Positions 26,221 to 35,879 are shown, counted from the first letter of the stretch. The stretch is 47,061 nucleotides of DNA from Pseudomonadota bacterium (GCA_039714795.1 JBDLIP010000002.1:1-47061); one strand, 5' to 3'. Notes: generated by a model not told the origin, from the letters alone. Made by a program: numbers and translations.

Positions 26221-27432
26221 TTAACCAGTCAAAACCTCACTGCTCTTTTGCAGTGGGGAGCGGCGCTCGGTAAGATAATATAGTGTGACACAAATGGCAG
26301 TAATACTTGTTAGAAAAAGTGCTATCGGCCACAAAGTAGCATTATAGACCTGACTTCCCAAAGAAATACATCCTGCAATGATCAGTCCCCTCATAAAGCT
26401 AATGGCTGAGGATACCGTTCCGGCTTTGTGCCGGAAAAGCTCTATAGATTGTGCTGTCATGGTGTTAAATGTAAGTCCAAGACCAGCTGCATAGAGAGAA
26501 ACAGTAATAATTATGGCTATGGTTTGCTCAGGAATCCAGAGTGTTGCGCTTAAAAATGAGAGGCTACCAATGCTGAAAAGGGTTACCCCCAAAAGAGTTG
26601 ATTTATTCAGACCAAACCGCTGAATTAGGTGTGCAGAAAGGTAACTGGCCATGGTATTGCAAAGCATGATAATACCCTGGAACGTTCCATAAAGTGCAGT
26701 TGGAACTCCCAGTTCATTGATAAAATAGAAAGCGCCAGTTGCCATAAAGACCACGATGCCGCCGATCAGCAGCGATGGAATCGTTGCCATAACCATAAAA
26801 CGCAGGTGCGACATCATTGACCAGTAAGAACCTAGTGTTTTGCAAATTGAAAAGGGAGCTGATTGCTGGAGAGTTTCAGGAAAACTCCGGTACAAAATCA
26901 GGCTTGAAAGAGCCGCCAAAGTTGTAAGAAATACAAAAGCTGCTTGCCAGGGCAAGTAGGCAGCAAATGCCCCACCAAAGAGAGGAGCTACAACCAACGA
27001 AAGGGTGATTGTTGTGGTAAGGTAGGAAAGATAAATAGCAGCTCGAGTGCCTTGATAGAGATCAGTAACGGTCGCAAAACTAACTGCAAAAGCAGCCGCT
27101 CCACCAATTCCCTGGAGAAAGCGACAGAAAATAAACGTCTCAATATTAATGGCAAAGATGGTGGCCAGACACCCAAGCATGTAAAGTATTTGTGAATACA
27201 GCAAAATTTTTCGGCGACCAATAGCATCGGAAAGGGGACCGATGATAGGTGTGGCAATACTTGTGCCAATCATGCCAGCACTAATACTAAATTGCATCAT
27301 TTCTTGTGAGCTGCCAAAGGCTTCAGCCATCATGGGCATGCTGGGAATGTAGATATCAACCGAAAAGACACAAGCGACAATGGCCAACATCAACGGAAGC
27401 GGGCTAAATTTTATTGACGATTGGGTAGACAT
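26221..27432 (-). CDS. MFS transporter, Bcr/CflA-like drug-resistance subfamily
   Basis: 403 aa with 12 predicted TM helices. The motif GPLSDAIGRRKILL lies between TM2 and TM3. Confidence 0.85.
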   Translation of the reverse strand: MSTQSSIKFSPLPLMLAIVACVFSVDIYIPSMPMMAEAFGSSQEMMQFSISAGMIGTSIATPIIGPLSDAIGRRKILLYSQILYMLGCLATIFAINIETFIFCRFLQGIGGAAAFAVSFATVTDLYQGTRAAIYLSYLTTTITLSLVVAPLFGGAFAAYLPWQAAFVFLTTLAALSSLILYRSFPETLQQSAPFSICKTLGSYWSMMSHLRFMVMATIPSLLIGGIVVFMATGAFYFINELGVPTALYGTFQGIIMLCNTMASYLSAHLIQRFGLNKSTLLGVTLFSIGSLSFLSATLWIPEQTIAIIITVSLYAAGLGLTFNTMTAQSIELFRHKAGTVSSAISFMRGLIIAGCISLGSQVYNATLWPIALFLTSITAICVTLYYLTERRSPLQKSSEVLTG

Positions 27433-27462
27433 GACACAACATTTCCTTGAAAAAACAATAGC

Positions 27463-27581
27463 TATACTGAAGCTGAATCAAACTGTTGGTTTTCTGGTGC
27501 ACTCAAAGTGCTCATTTACCCAAGTAAACTGCGCGCTTTTCACTGCCATAAAACTCAACATTTTGATTCAGCACGGGTATA
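27463..27581 (-). repeat. MITE/RPE-like element, full-length reference copy (119 bp)
   Basis: TATACTGAAGCTGAATCAAACTGTTG...GTGCTCATTTACCCAAGTAAACTGCGCGC...CAACATTTTGATTCAGCACGGGTATA. The terminal inverted repeats are about 25 nt, and the core contains the hairpin TTTAC-CCAA-GTAAA. Confidence 0.9.
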
Positions 27582-27643
27582 ACTAATACCTATTGAACAG
27601 ATAGCAACTAAGCAACAGGATTGCTACTTTCATTGTCCATTTG

Positions 27644-28450
27644 TTATCCGGTGGTATATACCCAAGCCAATAGCCCAACACCCAATAAAACGCGGTAGAC
27701 AACGAAAATACCGTAGCTGGCTCGTTTGACCCACATCATCATGAAACCAATACTGCCCAGGCTGATTACGAATGAAATCCCGGCAGCAATCATAGCCTCT
27801 TTGTACATGTGGTGATTGCCATTTTTTGCAAGTTTATAAAGAGTTTCGCAAGCAGCGGCAATAATAAGGGGTATTGACATTAGGCAAGCAAAATGTGCAG
27901 CCTCAACGCGGTTAAATCCTAACATGCGAGCAGCCATAATGGTTGATCCTGAACGGCTGGTACCAGGAATAAACGCTAATACTTGTATCAGGCCAATGAT
28001 AAATGAGCGTGTGAAATTCATGTGTTTGAGGGAAAATTTAGTTGGGGCAAATCGATCAAACAGATAAAGAATGATCCCAAAACCAATACTAGCCCAGGCA
28101 ATGACCGTAACATTTCGCAGAAATGAGTCGGTATAATAACTGATAATTGCGCCAACAACGACCGCTGGGATTGTGGCAACAACCAGCTTCATAAATAACT
28201 CACCGCCAGGTGTCACTTTGCCGCGCAGTAGATTGAGGCTGCCGGTGGTCATCGACCAACAATCGCGCCAAAAATAAACCATAACGGCTCCAAGGGTTCC
28301 GAAATGTACAGCCACATCCAGAACTAGTCCTTGATCTTGCCAGCCAAAAACTTTGGGAAAAAAGATCAGATGAGCAGAGCTGCTGATCGGTAGAAATTCA
28401 GTAATACCCTGGATTAGAGAGAGAATGATGATTTGGTAGAGAGGAACCAC
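27644..28450 (-). CDS. uppP: undecaprenyl-diphosphate phosphatase
   Basis: Signature LIQGITEFLPISSSAHL. Start placed at GTG 28450, giving 268 aa (typical size). The longest ORF runs to 28543 and would overlap the GST gene. Confidence 0.88.
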   Translation of the reverse strand: MVPLYQIIILSLIQGITEFLPISSSAHLIFFPKVFGWQDQGLVLDVAVHFGTLGAVMVYFWRDCWSMTTGSLNLLRGKVTPGGELFMKLVVATIPAVVVGAIISYYTDSFLRNVTVIAWASIGFGIILYLFDRFAPTKFSLKHMNFTRSFIIGLIQVLAFIPGTSRSGSTIMAARMLGFNRVEAAHFACLMSIPLIIAAACETLYKLAKNGNHHMYKEAMIAAGISFVISLGSIGFMMMWVKRASYGIFVVYRVLLGVGLLAWVYTTG

Positions 28451-28522
28451 GAGATACCTTAGGCTTTGCCATTTGCTAATGAATTGCTTAGAGTACAGTA
28501 AATTGCACAACGAGAGAAGACC

Positions 28523-29194
28523 ATGCGTACTCTTTTTCACCACCCGCTTTCGCCGACATGCCGCAAAGTGCGGATTTTGTTGGGAGAGAAAAAACTGGAC
28601 TTTAATCTTGAGCTCGAGCGTATTTGGAAAAAGCGCCCCGAATTTCTAGAGCTCAACCCTTCAGGTGACATTCCTGTGTTACGAGATTTAAACAGCACAG
28701 TCATCTGTGAAAGCTATCCGATTTGTGAATACTTGGAAGAGGCCTACCCCAACCAACCTGCTTTTATTGGTGATAATTTGCTGGAAAAGGCAGAAATTCG
28801 CCGGCTAGTCGTGTGGTTTGACCACAAGTTCGAGCAAGAAGTAACCCGCAAAATTGTCTTTGAAAAAGTATTTAGAAGTCACTTTGACCTTGGCCATCCC
28901 GATGGACGTGTGATTCGCGAAGGAGCAACAGCAATTGACGATCATCTAACCTATATCGAATGGCTACTTGATCACCGAGTCTGGCTTGGCGGACAACATT
29001 TTTCCTTGGCGGACATCAGTGCAGCCTCTCACCTTTCAGCCATTGATTTTTTAGGAGATGTGCCCTGGGATCAGTATCTCGAGGCCAAAGATTGGTACGC
29101 CCGTATCAAATCTAGGCCCAGTTTCCGCCCACTGTTGCAAGATCAAGTACCTGGAATAATGCCACCTAGATACTATGAAGATTTGGATTTTTGA
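28523..29194 (+). CDS. glutathione S-transferase family protein
   Basis: 223 aa. Thioredoxin-like N-terminal domain (LFHHPLSPTCRKVRILLGEKKLDF...NPSGDIPVL) followed by a helical C-terminal domain. Confidence 0.85.
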   Translation: MRTLFHHPLSPTCRKVRILLGEKKLDFNLELERIWKKRPEFLELNPSGDIPVLRDLNSTVICESYPICEYLEEAYPNQPAFIGDNLLEKAEIRRLVVWFDHKFEQEVTRKIVFEKVFRSHFDLGHPDGRVIREGATAIDDHLTYIEWLLDHRVWLGGQHFSLADISAASHLSAIDFLGDVPWDQYLEAKDWYARIKSRPSFRPLLQDQVPGIMPPRYYEDLDF

Positions 29195-29241
29195 AAAAAA
29201 CCAAATTCTTTATTAACAAAATCCATACCCATGGAGCCGTC

Positions 29242-29266
29242 TGCGGATCTGAAATCCGCAATTTTG
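29242..29266 (+). terminator. candidate rho-independent terminator after the GST gene
   Basis: TGCGGAT-CTGAA-ATCCGCA followed by ATTTT. Confidence 0.4.
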
Positions 29267-29274
29267 GTGATGAG

Positions 29275-29413
29275 GCATTTTGACACAAATGCAGAGAAAG
29301 CTGGAAGTGCGTTCTGTGTCAAGGCAGCACGAGCTTGCGAGTGCCGCGCCTGGCTCTGCCAGGTTGACTTGATTCAGAACGCACTTCCAGCTAAAAATGC
29401 ACCGCCAAAATGC
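29275..29413. repeat. 139-bp palindromic intergenic element
   Basis: Perfect 18-nt arms: AGCTGGAAGTGCGTTCTG at 29299-29316 and CAGAACGCACTTCCAGCT at 29375-29392. Imperfect outer arms extend from GCATTTT to AAAATGC. The interior is GC-rich. It lies between the convergent GST and hemA genes. Confidence 0.7.
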
Positions 29414-29572
29414 AAAATTTAAATCCTTCCGTAATTCGCTACAATAATGAACGCCTTAATTTCATGGCTCTGATGGCGTAGTGCGTCCAGAGGAAGTTCG
29501 TTTTTAGAAATTTCACAGACCTCCAACAGGTACGACAGAAGGGGTTGTAATCCCAAATTGAACCACACCCAG

Positions 29573-30784
29573 CTATGCCGCCTTTTTCAAAAACAACTCG
29601 ATCCAGATTTCTGAAAGAGCCCCGACCAAATGATCAATCATCTCAGGTGTGTGTAGTGGCGTAGGTGCCAGGCGGAGTCGCTCCGTGCCCTTTGGAACAG
29701 TTGGGTAGTTAATAGGTTGAACGTAGATCGCGTATTTCTCCATTAAAATATCACAGACCTGCTTACACAAAACCGCATCTCCAACAATGACGGGAACAAG
29801 GTGGCTGCCACCATCGTAGAAAGGGATCTGGGCCTGCTTTAATTTTACCTTGAGCAGTTGAACACGATCTTGGTGTTGTTTGCGCAGTAGATCACCTTCT
29901 TTAAGTATACGAATGCTTTCAATAACTCCTGCCACGATGACTGGTGGCATCGATGTTGTGAAAATAAATCCGGGAGAAAAGCTGCGAATAAAGTCGACCA
30001 AGGTGGCATTTGCTGCTATATACCCACCAATCAAACCAATGGCCTTCCCAAAGGTTCCCTGAATGATGGAAATGCGATCGCACAATTCTCTTTGTTGGGC
30101 AATGCCCCCGCCTTTATATCCATAAAGACCAACGCCGTGCACTTCATCTAGATAAGTCAAAGCTCCGTACTGCTCTGCAACATCGCATAATTCGGCAATT
30201 GGGGCAATGTCTCCATCCATGGAGTAGACGGACTCGAAAGCGGCGATTTTGGGCTGATTTTTATCGTACTTGGAGAGAAGATTTGCAAGATCGTTGGCGT
30301 CATTGTGTTTGAAAATGTGTTTCGTCACCCGAGCGCGTCTGATTCCCTCGATCATAGATGCATGATTTTTTTCGTCTGAAAACACAACGCAATCAGGAAG
30401 AGCTTTAGCTAGGGTGCTGAGTACAGCATCGTTGGCAACGTATCCAGACGTAAACATGAGTGCTGCTTCTTTGTCATGCAAATCTGCCAGCTCACGTTCT
30501 AGAGTAACGTGAAGAGGACTGGTACCAGAAATATTGCGGGTACCACCAGCTCCAGCTCCATATTTCGCCAGGGTTCCTTCCATTGCTTGGATGACTTTGG
30601 GATGCTGTCCCATGCCCAAATAATCGTTACTGCACCAAACAGTTGTCCCCTGCCGGCTTTGATGTCCATGGTTTGTTGCTTTTGGGAAAGCGCCTTGGCG
30701 CCGCGCAATTTGTGCAAAGACGCGATAGCTGCCCTCCTGCTTGAGATTTGCCAGCTTCGACGAAAAAAATGAGTTGTAATTCAT
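29573..30784 (-). CDS. hemA: 5-aminolevulinate synthase
   Basis: 403 aa alpha-oxoamine synthase. N-terminal [18 protein letters not shown]...[14 protein letters not shown] and PLP-lysine context TFGKAIG. Confidence 0.94.
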   Translation of the reverse strand: MNYNSFFSSKLANLKQEGSYRVFAQIARRQGAFPKATNHGHQSRQGTTVWCSNDYLGMGQHPKVIQAMEGTLAKYGAGAGGTRNISGTSPLHVTLERELADLHDKEAALMFTSGYVANDAVLSTLAKALPDCVVFSDEKNHASMIEGIRRARVTKHIFKHNDANDLANLLSKYDKNQPKIAAFESVYSMDGDIAPIAELCDVAEQYGALTYLDEVHGVGLYGYKGGGIAQQRELCDRISIIQGTFGKAIGLIGGYIAANATLVDFIRSFSPGFIFTTSMPPVIVAGVIESIRILKEGDLLRKQHQDRVQLLKVKLKQAQIPFYDGGSHLVPVIVGDAVLCKQVCDILMEKYAIYVQPINYPTVPKGTERLRLAPTPLHTPEMIDHLVGALSEIWIELFLKKAA

Positions 30785-30850
30785 GCTTGTGATGAGAACC
30801 TAGAACCGATACAAATGCGATAGTTGATATAATCTTGCCACTGTAGAGCA

Positions 30851-32161
30851 TTGCACATGGACATGTCCAGACAACAAATATCTATTTCATCATCGAGTGA
30901 GTTAACGGTTTCACAAATTTCACAACAGCTTAAACGTCTGGTAGACCAGAATTTTTCGCATGTGCGTATTCGCGGTGAAATTTCAGGACTCAAACAGCAT
31001 ACCTCTGGACATGTCTACTTTACTCTCAAGGACTCAGGTGCTGTTCTTGATGCTGTGTGTTGGCGTGGAACATATGCGAAATTGACAAATCATCCGCAGG
31101 ACGGCATGGAGGTGGTGTGTGTCGGACGTTTAACCACCTATGCTGGCCGCTCAAAATACCAAATCGTAGTTGAGGCCATGGAATTTGCTGGAGTGGGAGC
31201 ATTGCTCAAGCTTTTGGAAGAGCGAAAACAAAAACTCCACGCAGAGGGGCTTTTTGCCCAAGAACGCAAACGACCCATCCCATTTTTACCGCAAAGCATT
31301 GGAGTGATCACGTCTCCCACGGGTGCTGTTTTGCGAGATATTCGCCATCGTCTGGAAGACCGATTTCCCCGTCCAGTTTTGCTTTGGCCGGTATTGGTGC
31401 AAGGCAATGGGGCGGCAGAGCAAATTGCTCAAGCAATTCAAGGGTTTAATTATCTGTCAACGGACGGGCCCACTTCGCGGCCTGATGTTTTGATTTTAGC
31501 GCGTGGTGGCGGCAGTGTTGAGGACCTTTGGGCCTTTAATGAAGAAATTGTTGTGCGTGCGATTGCCGCTAGCGAAATTCCCGTCATTTCTGGAGTCGGA
31601 CACGAGACCGATACCACACTTGTTGATTATGTGGCAGATCGGCGTGCACCGACCCCTACAGCAGCTGCAGAAATGGCTGTGCCAGTTTATCAAGACCTTG
31701 TTTTGTCTTTAAGGCGATATACGCAAAGGCTTGAAACGGGGGTACGACGAACACTTGAGTATAACCTTCAGCGTGTGGACGACTGGGGTGGGCGCCTGAT
31801 TCAAGCATCTAGAAAACGTCTTGAATTTCAACGTATGACTTTGGTGCATTTACAATCTCGTTTGCGTCCTTCTCGTGATGTCTTGGCAACAAGAGAGATG
31901 CGGCTGAACACTTTGCTAGCACGCCTTAATGCCGCAGCTGGCATCACTTTACAACAGAAAAAAACAAGGCTTGAGACGTTGGGGTTGTTGCTAGAGAGCT
32001 ATTCATACACAGCGGTATTAAAACGCGGATTTGCTCTTGTAAAGGACGACAAAGGTCAGGTGGTAACGCGTGCTCAAAACCTAAAGTCGGAAATGCCTAT
32101 CCAGGTTACTTTTCATGATGGAGACGTGAAGGCGAGGGTTGAGTATACCCACGAGAAATGA
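30851..32161 (+). CDS. xseA: exodeoxyribonuclease VII large subunit
   Basis: 436 aa. OB-fold N-terminus LTVSQISQQLKRLVDQNFSHVRIRGEISGLKQHTSGHVYFTLKD and catalytic block ARGGGSVEDLWAFNEE. Confidence 0.94.
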   Translation: MHMDMSRQQISISSSSELTVSQISQQLKRLVDQNFSHVRIRGEISGLKQHTSGHVYFTLKDSGAVLDAVCWRGTYAKLTNHPQDGMEVVCVGRLTTYAGRSKYQIVVEAMEFAGVGALLKLLEERKQKLHAEGLFAQERKRPIPFLPQSIGVITSPTGAVLRDIRHRLEDRFPRPVLLWPVLVQGNGAAEQIAQAIQGFNYLSTDGPTSRPDVLILARGGGSVEDLWAFNEEIVVRAIAASEIPVISGVGHETDTTLVDYVADRRAPTPTAAAEMAVPVYQDLVLSLRRYTQRLETGVRRTLEYNLQRVDDWGGRLIQASRKRLEFQRMTLVHLQSRLRPSRDVLATREMRLNTLLARLNAAAGITLQQKKTRLETLGLLLESYSYTAVLKRGFALVKDDKGQVVTRAQNLKSEMPIQVTFHDGDVKARVEYTHEK

Positions 32162-32230
32162 AAACCCCTAGTCTAATGATGGCGAAAAGCGCACCGTTTG
32201 CACTGATAAATGAGCACAGTAGGTGATTCG
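32144..32230 (+). repeat. degenerate MITE/RPE-like element copy overlapping the xseA 3' end
   Basis: TATACCCACGAGAAATGAAAAC aligns with TATACCCGTGCTGAATCAAAATG. GCGAAAAGCGCACCGTTTGCACTGATAAATGAGCAC aligns with GTGAAAAGCGCGCAGTTTACTTGGGTAAATGAGCAC. I estimate roughly 70-75 percent identity by eye. Confidence 0.5.
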
Positions 32231-32335
32231 ATAATTACTCTTCACATTACAAAACGTTTTATGCTCTAATTGCTGTAGAATCCACATTTTAAAATTTGAT
32301 GGGTATGAAAACAACAAATAATACAGGTGACTATA

Positions 32336-33466
32336 ATGTCGACTCAAGCATGGGTCACTTTTGAACGAAAGAAAAATGTATTGGAAGTTCGAGCTGGAGG
32401 TGATTGGCACACCACTGGAGTCGAAGAGTCATATCGTAAACTTGAGCAACACCAGTTGCAAGGAGAGGCGACTTATATCATTGACCTGTCAGGCATTAAA
32501 TCCATTGATACAACGGGTAGCTGGATTCTTAAGGCTTTTATTCAAAGATTGGAGGCAAGTAACATTGCTGTCTCCTTAACTGGAGTCGGAGAAACAGTCC
32601 AAAGCATTTTGCAACAGCTCGACAAGCTTAAGTTTTCCATTCCCAAGCCTCCTTCCCAACCTAGCTTATACCTTAAATGGTTGATTGTTCTTGGTATTGC
32701 GGCAATTAAGGGGGGGATAAATGCCTTTAATATGCTCTCTTTTCTAGGACAGATTGTCATCACACTGGGGCGAACGATCTGTTCCCCACACCGGTTTCGC
32801 TTGATTTCATTTGTGGCAATGCTTGAGCAAGTTGGGTTGCGTGCTATGCCTATTGTAGGGCTCATCTCGTTCTTACTCGGCATCGTTATTATCTATCAAG
32901 GACAATATCAGCTGCGTCGTTTCGGAGCCGAGATTTTTGCAGTTGACCTCTTAGCCATCTCTATGCTGCGTGAGATTGGTATTTTAATTACCGCTATTGT
33001 TATCGCTGGTCGCTCTGGAAGTGCTTTTACAGCCCAGATCGGCACTATGAAGCTGAATCAAGAAATTGATGCTCTGCAAACATTTGGCGTCGATCCCATT
33101 GAAGCCCTTGTGGTTCCTCGATTGTTGGCCTTGATGATAGCTCTGCCGCTTCTAGCATTTTATGCAAACATAATGGGCTTGCTGGGTGGTGCTCTTATGG
33201 CCAACTTGGTTATTGAGATCTCTTATAGTCAGTTTTGGATTCAGCTCAAGCAAGCAATCAAATTGTGGACTTTTGGAGTTGGTATGATAAAAGCCCCCAT
33301 GTTCGCCTTTATCATTGCCATGGTTGGTTGTTTTGAAGGCATGCAAGTGGCAGGAGGGGCCAAAAGTATTGGAACGAAAACAACAAAATCGGTTGTTGAA
33401 GGTATATTTCTAGTCATCGTTTTTAATGCAGTATTCTCCATCATCTTTACCTTGCTGGGAATATGA
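32336..33466 (+). CDS. MlaE-family ABC permease with N-terminal STAS-like domain
   Basis: The N-terminal ~100 aa resemble an anti-sigma-antagonist/STAS fold (LEVRAGGDW...YIIDLSGIKSIDTTGSWIL). The C-terminal part is an MlaE-like permease with 5-6 TM helices. Start taken at ATG 32336; an alternative GTG lies at 32327. Confidence 0.85.
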   Translation: MSTQAWVTFERKKNVLEVRAGGDWHTTGVEESYRKLEQHQLQGEATYIIDLSGIKSIDTTGSWILKAFIQRLEASNIAVSLTGVGETVQSILQQLDKLKFSIPKPPSQPSLYLKWLIVLGIAAIKGGINAFNMLSFLGQIVITLGRTICSPHRFRLISFVAMLEQVGLRAMPIVGLISFLLGIVIIYQGQYQLRRFGAEIFAVDLLAISMLREIGILITAIVIAGRSGSAFTAQIGTMKLNQEIDALQTFGVDPIEALVVPRLLALMIALPLLAFYANIMGLLGGALMANLVIEISYSQFWIQLKQAIKLWTFGVGMIKAPMFAFIIAMVGCFEGMQVAGGAKSIGTKTTKSVVEGIFLVIVFNAVFSIIFTLLGI

Positions 33467-33469
33467 ATA

Positions 33470-34225
33470 GTGGCACGAGAAATCATTCTAAGCATTAAGA
33501 ATTTGGTTAATCGATTTGGTGCTCAAGTTGTTCACGACAATCTATGTCTTGATGTATACCGCGGGGAGATATTAGGCGTCGTTGGGGGATCTGGAACCGG
33601 AAAATCTGTTTTACTCAATACTATTCTTGGGCTACACCAGCCAAATCAGGGATCCATAACGATCTTTGATGTTGAGTGTTCGGGCCTTTACCGTCCACAG
33701 CGTATTGAATCAAGGTGGGGAGTGCTGTTTCAAAGTGGAGCTTTATTTAGTTCAATGACTGTCGGAGAAAATATTGCCGTTCCTATGCGGGAAATAGCAC
33801 ATATGTCGGAAGATTTGATTGAAGAAATGATTCCCGTCAAATTAACAATGGTTGGTCTTGATCCAGAAACGGCATTCAAATTGCCAGAAGAACTTTCTGG
33901 AGGCATGGTCAAACGTGCTGCTCTTGCGCGCGCTCTTGCCATTGATGCAGAATTATTGTTTCTCGATGAGCCCACTTCTGGGCTTGATCCAATTGGGGCA
34001 ACCGCTTTTGACAAATTAATTAAAGCATTGCAACAAACTCTTAACCTAACAGTTGTTATGATTACACACGATCTGGACTCACTGCATGCCATCTGTGATC
34101 GAATAGCTATCCTGGTTGACAAAAAAATTATTGTCGACTCAACGGCAAAGATACAGACCAATCCACACCCTTGGATTCAAGAGTACTTCATGGGAGAACG
34201 TGGTCAGATCGTCTTTGGGAGATAA
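33470..34225 (+). CDS. MlaF-like ABC transporter ATP-binding protein
   Basis: Walker A GGSGTGKS, signature LSGGMVKRAALARAL, Walker B LLFLDEPTSGLD. GTG start. Confidence 0.93.
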   Translation: MAREIILSIKNLVNRFGAQVVHDNLCLDVYRGEILGVVGGSGTGKSVLLNTILGLHQPNQGSITIFDVECSGLYRPQRIESRWGVLFQSGALFSSMTVGENIAVPMREIAHMSEDLIEEMIPVKLTMVGLDPETAFKLPEELSGGMVKRAALARALAIDAELLFLDEPTSGLDPIGATAFDKLIKALQQTLNLTVVMITHDLDSLHAICDRIAILVDKKIIVDSTAKIQTNPHPWIQEYFMGERGQIVFGR

Positions 34226-34231
34226 AATTAA

Positions 34232-35068
34232 GTGGAAACACGTGCAAACTACGCTCTTGTCGGATTTTTCGTTCTCACTTTGTTGATTGGAATTCTGGGC
34301 TTTACTGTCTGGATTTCACGAGTAGACTGGACGCAGGGAAGTATTTACGAAATTAACTTTGAAGGCTCCGTTGCCGGCCTTCGAGAAAATGAAACAGTGA
34401 CCTATAATGGGGTTCCCATTGGCAGTGTCATGAGCATTGCAGTCAATCCAGAAAAAGTGAACCTGATCCGAGTGCTGGTTGAAATTGACCGACCAAGTTT
34501 GATCCGGGAAAACTCATTTGCTACCCTGCAAGGACGAGGTATCACTGGCCAAATCCAAATCAAGATTGATGGCAGTACTCCAGATAGTCCGATTCTTTTA
34601 TCCTCTGAAAGTCAAAAGCCCCCTGAAATCCCCTCCCGAACCTCTGGGTTTCAACAAGTCATCGAAGAGGCTCCCCGAATCATGGAAAAACTTATCCGAC
34701 TAGTTAACGATGTCACTCCAGTCTTCAATGAGAAAAACCGAGAGGCATTTGCCAGCACACTTGAAAATTTTGCAACCTTTTCCGAGATTCTCGCCAAAGA
34801 ATCGCAAAACATGGCCGAACTCTTGACCCAAACAAAACAGTCCTTTAAACAGTTCGAAGAGGCAATGCAAGAAATGAAAAAGATGATTGCTGAAAATCGA
34901 CCTGCGATCAAGCAATTTACCGAGGGTGGTCTGAAGGAATTTTCAAGCTTCATGCAAGAGTGGCGGGTTGCGGCCAAAAACCTTAACCGCGTGGTTGAAA
35001 AATTTGAGCGTAATCCTCTGCAATTTATTGTACACAGCGACCTTGGTGGTCAGGAATTAAGTGAGTAA
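34232..35068 (+). CDS. MlaD/MCE-domain protein
   Basis: N-terminal anchor METRANYALVGFFVLTLLIGILGFTVWI, then an MCE domain (GLRENETVTYNGVPIGSV) and a helical C-terminus. GTG start. Confidence 0.88.
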   Translation: METRANYALVGFFVLTLLIGILGFTVWISRVDWTQGSIYEINFEGSVAGLRENETVTYNGVPIGSVMSIAVNPEKVNLIRVLVEIDRPSLIRENSFATLQGRGITGQIQIKIDGSTPDSPILLSSESQKPPEIPSRTSGFQQVIEEAPRIMEKLIRLVNDVTPVFNEKNREAFASTLENFATFSEILAKESQNMAELLTQTKQSFKQFEEAMQEMKKMIAENRPAIKQFTEGGLKEFSSFMQEWRVAAKNLNRVVEKFERNPLQFIVHSDLGGQELSE

Positions 35069-35071
35069 ATC

Positions 35072-35722
35072 GTGAGAAACAGAACCTTTGTTTATGCTCT
35101 ATACCTAATGATCTTATCCCTGCTCAGTGGTTGCGTTCAGGTATTGCCAGATCCTGCACCGCCCGCGCAAATCTATAATCTCTCGGTAGATGTTACAACA
35201 AATAAAAAGTGGCCCAATCGCAACTGGCAACTAAGCGTTGCCCAACCGTCGACAAGCCTTATGCTCGATTCCCAAAGGATTGCCATTCGCTTTCAAGAAA
35301 CGCCCGACTCACCAAAAACATGGGATTACGTAAAAGAAAGAAAATGGATTGAGCGGTTGCCTAGTATGCTGCAAGAGGATTTTATAGAGCAACTGACAAA
35401 CACCCAAAAACTAAAAGGAGTTGTCAAAGATACAGTCGCGCTAAATGCAGACTACCTATTGCTAGCAACGCTGTATGAATTTCACATTGATAATCCTTTT
35501 GCAAGCCCTGCCTTTGTCTCTTTGCGCCTTCTTATGCAACTGCGCGACAATGAAACTCAAAAAATTGTGGCTTCAAAAGTATTTTGGCAAAAGCAAACTG
35601 TTCTTGAAAAGAATTTCCCAGCTTTTAAAAAGGCTTTTGATCAAGCCTATAGTCTTCTCGTTCAAGATTTTCTTGACTGGATTTTGACAGTGAATTTAAA
35701 GAGCAAAGCGCAGACTGGATGA
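35072..35722 (+). CDS. ABC-type transport auxiliary lipoprotein (PqiC/DUF330-like)
   Basis: Lipobox LLSGC. 216 aa. Sits as the fourth gene of the MCE operon, as is typical in alphaproteobacteria. Contains the IYNL...LSV pattern. Confidence 0.7.
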   Translation: MRNRTFVYALYLMILSLLSGCVQVLPDPAPPAQIYNLSVDVTTNKKWPNRNWQLSVAQPSTSLMLDSQRIAIRFQETPDSPKTWDYVKERKWIERLPSMLQEDFIEQLTNTQKLKGVVKDTVALNADYLLLATLYEFHIDNPFASPAFVSLRLLMQLRDNETQKIVASKVFWQKQTVLEKNFPAFKKAFDQAYSLLVQDFLDWILTVNLKSKAQTG

Positions 35723-35879
35723 CGGCTGGTGCATATCACTCAGGTTTTCGAGAGTGCTAAAACCACGTTGATGATATTTCGCATTTAATATGTATTTATG
35801 TTAAAATCAACCTGCTAGTATGCTATGTGGGTTGATACAGTGGCGACAACCTACTTAAGTTCAACAAAAAGGATGTGTT

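Noticed and set aside
29231-29422. 63-aa ORF between the GST gene and hemA
   Set aside because: It coincides with a long palindromic element, has no Shine-Dalgarno, and is Cys/Ala-rich nonsense-like sequence. I treat it as an artefact of the repeat.
32168-32410. 80-aa minus-strand ORF in the xseA-mlaE spacer
   Set aside because: It overlaps the mlaE start and the degenerate repeat copy. It has no Shine-Dalgarno and low-complexity composition.
33730-34161. 143-aa antisense ORF inside the MlaF-like ATPase gene
   Set aside because: This is a typical shadow ORF opposite a well-supported ABC ATPase. Other long antisense ORFs were rejected for the same reason: 5498..5893 in nuoL, 17197..17583 in the GGDEF gene, 40439..40831 in tssM, 12349..12654 in pepA, 10045..10395 in the DUF2066-like gene, and 46077..46730 in psd.
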